Positions 60,163-64,000 of a stretch of DNA of 64,000 nucleotides are shown here, piece by piece. Positions within the stretch are counted from its first letter, which is position 1. The number at the start of each line of letters is the position of its first letter. The position numbers and the translations under genes are program-made. Below the pieces are notes generated by a model that was given only the letters and a program-made list of their open reading frames with translations, searched no databases and was not told the origin of the DNA. The stretch is from Candidatus Borrarchaeum weybense (GTDB taxonomy: Archaea; Asgardarchaeota; Sifarchaeia; Borrarchaeales; Borrarchaeaceae): contig JAHQJS010000003.1 of assembly GCA_019057385.1 (NCBI GenBank), forward strand, positions 83,212-147,211, given 5' to 3'.

Positions 60163-60982
60163 CCTCTTGAATTAGTTCGATTTCTTCTTTGAATGCTTCT
60201 GCCTTTCCTTGGAGTATTTCTACAGCTTTTTTAACAATTTTTTCCGGAGATAATGCTCCAGTAGATTCCACAGAAAACGCAAAAATTCTATTGTCCCATC
60301 GTACTTTTATTGCATTAAAATCACATGTATCCTCGCACAATTTGCATAAAATGCAATCTAACATGTTTTGAATTATTAATCCACCTTCTTCTAATCTAAG
60401 AATGCTTTTTGGACAACTTTCTACACAATCACCGCATTCTGTACATTCTTGTTTTTTTAAGTCAATAATTGGAATATATTTATAGGAACAAGTTGCTACT
60501 GGTTGCCATTTTGCATGTACTTTTCCTTTTCCTAGTTGTGCGATTGCTTCTAATTCTGTGCGTTGACCTTTTGCCAGTTTAACAATAGGTATTAAATCAT
60601 TTACTGGAACAACCTCAGGATCTTGCGACACAAGATCCCCTGAATATACAATTACACTATCACCTTGATTATCTATTTCTTTTGCCTCTTTAACTAATGT
60701 TAAGGTCACGGAACATCTCGGGCAATTAGTTCCCCCGCATCCGCAATCCTGTGGTAAGACAAAAGACTCAAGATCAGTCTTTAGCGGTATTAATCCAAGC
60801 CTATGAGCTAATAATTCATCATACAAAGCAGATGTATTTTCAATGATTATGACATCTTCGATAGCAAAAGTAGGTACCTCTGCTATCATAACTCTTCTGA
60901 AAGCATTTGCAAAAGAGGCATCTACATCTTCTAATATAAATCGTAACATATCTTGTGTCTTTTCAAGTATCTGGACATTCAT
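60131..60982 (-). CDS. rpoD: RNA polymerase subunit Rpo3 (D) with 4Fe-4S domain
   Basis: FANAFRR..IAEVP, DELLAHRLGLIP, HAKWQP, CTECGDC..CP, CILCKLC. Confidence 0.96.
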   Translation of the reverse strand: MNVQILEKTQDMLRFILEDVDASFANAFRRVMIAEVPTFAIEDVIIIENTSALYDELLAHRLGLIPLKTDLESFVLPQDCGCGGTNCPRCSVTLTLVKEAKEIDNQGDSVIVYSGDLVSQDPEVVPVNDLIPIVKLAKGQRTELEAIAQLGKGKVHAKWQPVATCSYKYIPIIDLKKQECTECGDCVESCPKSILRLEEGGLIIQNMLDCILCKLCEDTCDFNAIKVRWDNRIFAFSVESTGALSPEKIVKKAVEILQGKAEAFKEEIELIQEGEKSEIYRSN

Positions 60983-61425
60983 AACAATATCTCACCAAAG
61001 GAAACCGTTAAAGAGTTGCTGATCAAATAATATTCCTTTTATTGGCTTATTCAAATTGAGAGACTTACCTTTCGAATTCTTTTTCTTTAAGAAAGGAGAT
61101 TTTTTGAATCGCCTATTCGCATCTTGGAGCAAGCATACAAGATTTATAACTTTTTCTTTTCTGACTGAATCTCCAATAATTGTAATTGACACTCACTTAA
61201 ATGCAAATTCTCTAAAGTGTTTTCCTTTATTTTTTGTTCTTAACTAGCGTACTGTTTTCTTAAAACTTCAAACGAACGTCTTTATTTCTAGATTTCGTCT
61301 CATTAAATCTCAGTTTAAAAATGTAAGTCTCAGCATATTCTATTCTCCAATAAAGAAGCGTCAGCTGGCATACAAAAACGCGGACTTTAAATAGACCGCT
61401 ATCAAATGTCAGTGGTGAACTGGTA

Positions 61426-61977
61426 ATGGGAATTACACAGTTATCTAAGACAAAGGTAACTAGTAAGCAAGAAAAAGTATTGAAATTTTTACTAATGGGG
61501 CCAGCAGGAGCTGGAAAAAGCACCTTTGGATCCTGTCTTGAGTGTGTAATTGAGGAAACTCAGTTAAATTCTTCTGGCATATATATGCCGACGCCAGGAG
61601 TTGCCTTTTATAAAGTGCCCTTGAATAATGGTAAGTGTTATGTTAATTGGGAATTGGGAGGTCAACAGCGCTATCAACCTCTCTGGAAACTCTGGTGGAA
61701 AGGAGCAACTGGTGCCTTCTTGATTATTGATTCTTCTAATGAAGAAGCCTTAGCAGTCGCCAAGAATATACACCAGTTGATTATAGGTGAATTACGTCTA
61801 CCATATGTGGTTTGTATTAACAAACAAGATTTACCTAACACATTATCTCCTGAGATGATTGCCAGTCATCTTGAAATTAACGATTCCACAATCATTTTTC
61901 CTACTTCCGCTGCAACAGGTGCAAATGTTAAGGAAGCGTTTCTTGAGTTAGTGCAAAGAACGGAAAGGGAGGCGTGA
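61426..61977 (+). CDS. Small Ras-superfamily (Arf/Rab-like) GTPase
   Basis: GPAGAGKST, PTPG, WELGGQ, NKQD, SAATG. Confidence 0.88.
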   Translation: MGITQLSKTKVTSKQEKVLKFLLMGPAGAGKSTFGSCLECVIEETQLNSSGIYMPTPGVAFYKVPLNNGKCYVNWELGGQQRYQPLWKLWWKGATGAFLIIDSSNEEALAVAKNIHQLIIGELRLPYVVCINKQDLPNTLSPEMIASHLEINDSTIIFPTSAATGANVKEAFLELVQRTEREA

Positions 61978-61980
61978 TTT

Positions 61981-62739
61981 GTGATCGGTGAAACCTTGTT
62001 CTTAAATTCCTATCCGTTGCAGGAATGTGGCATTAAAACAATCTTGCTCCTCAAGTTCGATGTCATGGCAGGACCCTATATTGCTTTTGAGGGTACATGC
62101 TCCGAAAGCAAAGTAGCGGAAACCCTAAAGGATCCCATCATTCTGGCACAGTTCCATATGGGGCTAGCCGAGACCGATGTTGATGTTATAGAAAAGCAGG
62201 GCGAACGCATGGTGATCGCCCGTCGCAACCGCATCATAGAGGGCACCGACGCTAAGGACATTCTAATCGTGATCATTGAGGATGACATCTCTACAGACGA
62301 AGCTGATAAACTGGCCAATGAGTTGTTGGGACGCACTGGCGGTGATCAAAACTATTTGCGTAATGAGTTGCGTCTTCTCTGTGACAATGCACAACAGTTA
62401 AAGGACCGTTTAAAACTACCAACTCCCCAGCCACTGTTTGTAAAAAAATCGGATCTCATGAAAGAAGCGGGCATGAAAATCCCGGTCATGACTCCTGAAC
62501 AAAAAGACAAGGTGTTAAGGGGAGAAATCGCCTCTAAACTGGTGAGTGATTACCCCATGGACTTGATCACCAACTTGGTACAAGGAGTCAACAACAAAAT
62601 CACCATCCTCAGTTTATGGAAGTTATATTCTCCCTTTGATATCGACCTACTGGAGGTCTATCAGTTTTTTATCACCCTGAACGAATTGGAGGTATGTCAA
62701 TTTGAGGAAACCCATTTCTACCATTCAAGAAAATTATAA
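61981..62739 (+). CDS. Hypothetical protein with possible longin/uDENN-like N-terminus
   Basis: ILLLKFDVMAGP beta-hairpin motif; starts 3 nt after the GTPase. Confidence 0.45.
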   Translation: MIGETLFLNSYPLQECGIKTILLLKFDVMAGPYIAFEGTCSESKVAETLKDPIILAQFHMGLAETDVDVIEKQGERMVIARRNRIIEGTDAKDILIVIIEDDISTDEADKLANELLGRTGGDQNYLRNELRLLCDNAQQLKDRLKLPTPQPLFVKKSDLMKEAGMKIPVMTPEQKDKVLRGEIASKLVSDYPMDLITNLVQGVNNKITILSLWKLYSPFDIDLLEVYQFFITLNELEVCQFEETHFYHSRKL

Positions 62740-63481
62740 GCCCTTGAACAATACACTCAGAGAGGAACCAATCGACTACCATACTAAATTTACTGGTGAC
62801 ACTTTCGAACTCATTTCATTATATGAACAGTTAAGAGACATGGTTATCAAAGGAGAGTCCCATTTAATCAAAGATCTCCTGGCTCAATTATTGGAGGCGG
62901 ATATCGACCCATTACGAATCCTTGAGATTGTCAGCGACGCCATGAACACCGTCGGACACCAGTTTTCCATCCGAGAACTGTTTATTGCCGACCTATGGAT
63001 GGCTGCACGCTGTGTGGAACTCATCAAGAACGCTATCGAGCCGCTGATAAAATCACAAGGACTCGACACGGACCGGGAAAAAATTGTCATGGGCACCGTA
63101 GAGGGCGACGTGCATAGCATCGGCCCTAAAATCGTTGAACTATTTCTGGAAGGCGCCGGCTATGATGTGATTAACCTAGGTGTGGATATCTCTCCTGATC
63201 GCTTTATAGAAGCCATCAAACAACATCAACCCGTATTTGTAGGACTCAGCGCCTGGTTGGACACCACCGCCAACTTCTCTCTCAAGCAAACCATTCAAGC
63301 CCTGGATCACCTACGAGCCCAGTATCAATTCAAGATCATAGTGGGTGGACCCTCTGTCACCCGCAAGTTCGCTAAAGAAATCGGTGCCGATGGATACGGC
63401 AATAACGCTGAAGAAGCCGTCCAAGTTGTGACTCAATTAAAAGAAGGACGCTATTTTTGGGAGTTTCCTGATGACGAATAA
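62702..63481 (+). CDS. Corrinoid (B12-binding) methyltransferase protein
   Basis: AMNTVGHQF cap, GTVEGDVHSIG, LGVD, GLSA, VGG, GADGY. Confidence 0.92.
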   Translation: MRKPISTIQENYKPLNNTLREEPIDYHTKFTGDTFELISLYEQLRDMVIKGESHLIKDLLAQLLEADIDPLRILEIVSDAMNTVGHQFSIRELFIADLWMAARCVELIKNAIEPLIKSQGLDTDREKIVMGTVEGDVHSIGPKIVELFLEGAGYDVINLGVDISPDRFIEAIKQHQPVFVGLSAWLDTTANFSLKQTIQALDHLRAQYQFKIIVGGPSVTRKFAKEIGADGYGNNAEEAVQVVTQLKEGRYFWEFPDDE

Positions 63482-63516
63482 TCAGCATATGTTGTTAAAA
63501 CTAATAGGTGAAGATT

Positions 63517-64000
63517 ATGGGGTTATTAAAACTGTTAAAATTAGTCATTAAAGCATCCGTCAAGAATAAATTACGCGGCTTCGGGGTAAAACTCACCCCT
63601 ATGGAACGCATCTTGTTGTTTAACTTAAATAAACTGCCTGATCGGGTAGCTACCATCCTAGCAGTCGCCAACATCCACCCACAATTCATCGACCCCTCAC
63701 TCAGTTGGATTGATCTGCTTCATGACGTCGATAAAAACGTTGAGCTCACCAAAAAACTCTACGAACGCTACCCCGCCGACAGCCTCACCATGCTCTACTG
63801 GGGGGGACCTTTGCTAGGTTCCGGTCTCTACGAAATGGGCGTACCCTTCCAGTTCACGGAATGGAATTACCCCACCAACACCGACAACATCATCAAAATC
63901 GCCGACGACATGAATACCATCCATCCCCCAGAAATCGAAGGCTACTTCGAAACCTCACTCCAGGTGTTCTGCAAGGTCCAAGAGGAACTGCCAGCCATCT
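63517..64000 (+). CDS. Uroporphyrinogen decarboxylase / MtaA-family methyltransferase, 3'-truncated by the window edge
   Basis: ATG after AGGTGA; LTPMERIL...LPDRV N-terminal motif; follows the corrinoid protein. Confidence 0.65.
   Translation, partial: MGLLKLLKLVIKASVKNKLRGFGVKLTPMERILLFNLNKLPDRVATILAVANIHPQFIDPSLSWIDLLHDVDKNVELTKKLYERYPADSLTMLYWGGPLLGSGLYEMGVPFQFTEWNYPTNTDNIIKIADDMNTIHPPEIEGYFETSLQVFCKVQEELPAI

Noticed and set aside
491-63689. Numerous 60-120 aa antisense or overlapping ORFs in the track
   Set aside because: Shadows of well-supported genes on the other strand or frame, with no motifs of their own

Overview
AT-rich archaeal chromosome segment, most likely from an Asgard archaeon (Roadblock/LC7 protein, small Arf/Rab-like GTPase next to a longin-like ORF, Rpo8, Elf1, SepRS, Tes). 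Most of it is housekeeping: translation, RNA polymerase, exosome, replication and ECF/ABC transport. Three things stand out. (1) An array-less CRISPR-Cas-derived island at about 8.6-15.1 kb encodes an SF2 helicase-Zn finger-Cas1 fusion, a Cas7-like RAMP and a RAMP-HD nuclease fusion. A 91-nt, 90%-identical structured repeat follows each RAMP gene and is a candidate guide or scaffold RNA replacing a CRISPR array. (2) Bulge-helix-bulge (BHB) introns are unusually abundant: five tRNA genes carry about 18 introns (tRNA-Gly(CCC) and tRNA-Ser(CGA) appear to have five each), and two essential protein genes (rfcS, rrp41) are interrupted by 30- and 31-nt BHB introns that restore conserved motifs when removed. 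(3) There are several IS200/IS605-superfamily elements: an intact IscB with omegaRNA inserted at a helicase start codon, and TnpB-derived non-autonomous copies. An unassigned ~300-nt structured RNA lies at about 7.76-8.05 kb. All calls are from reading motifs by eye; no database searches or folding programs were run.
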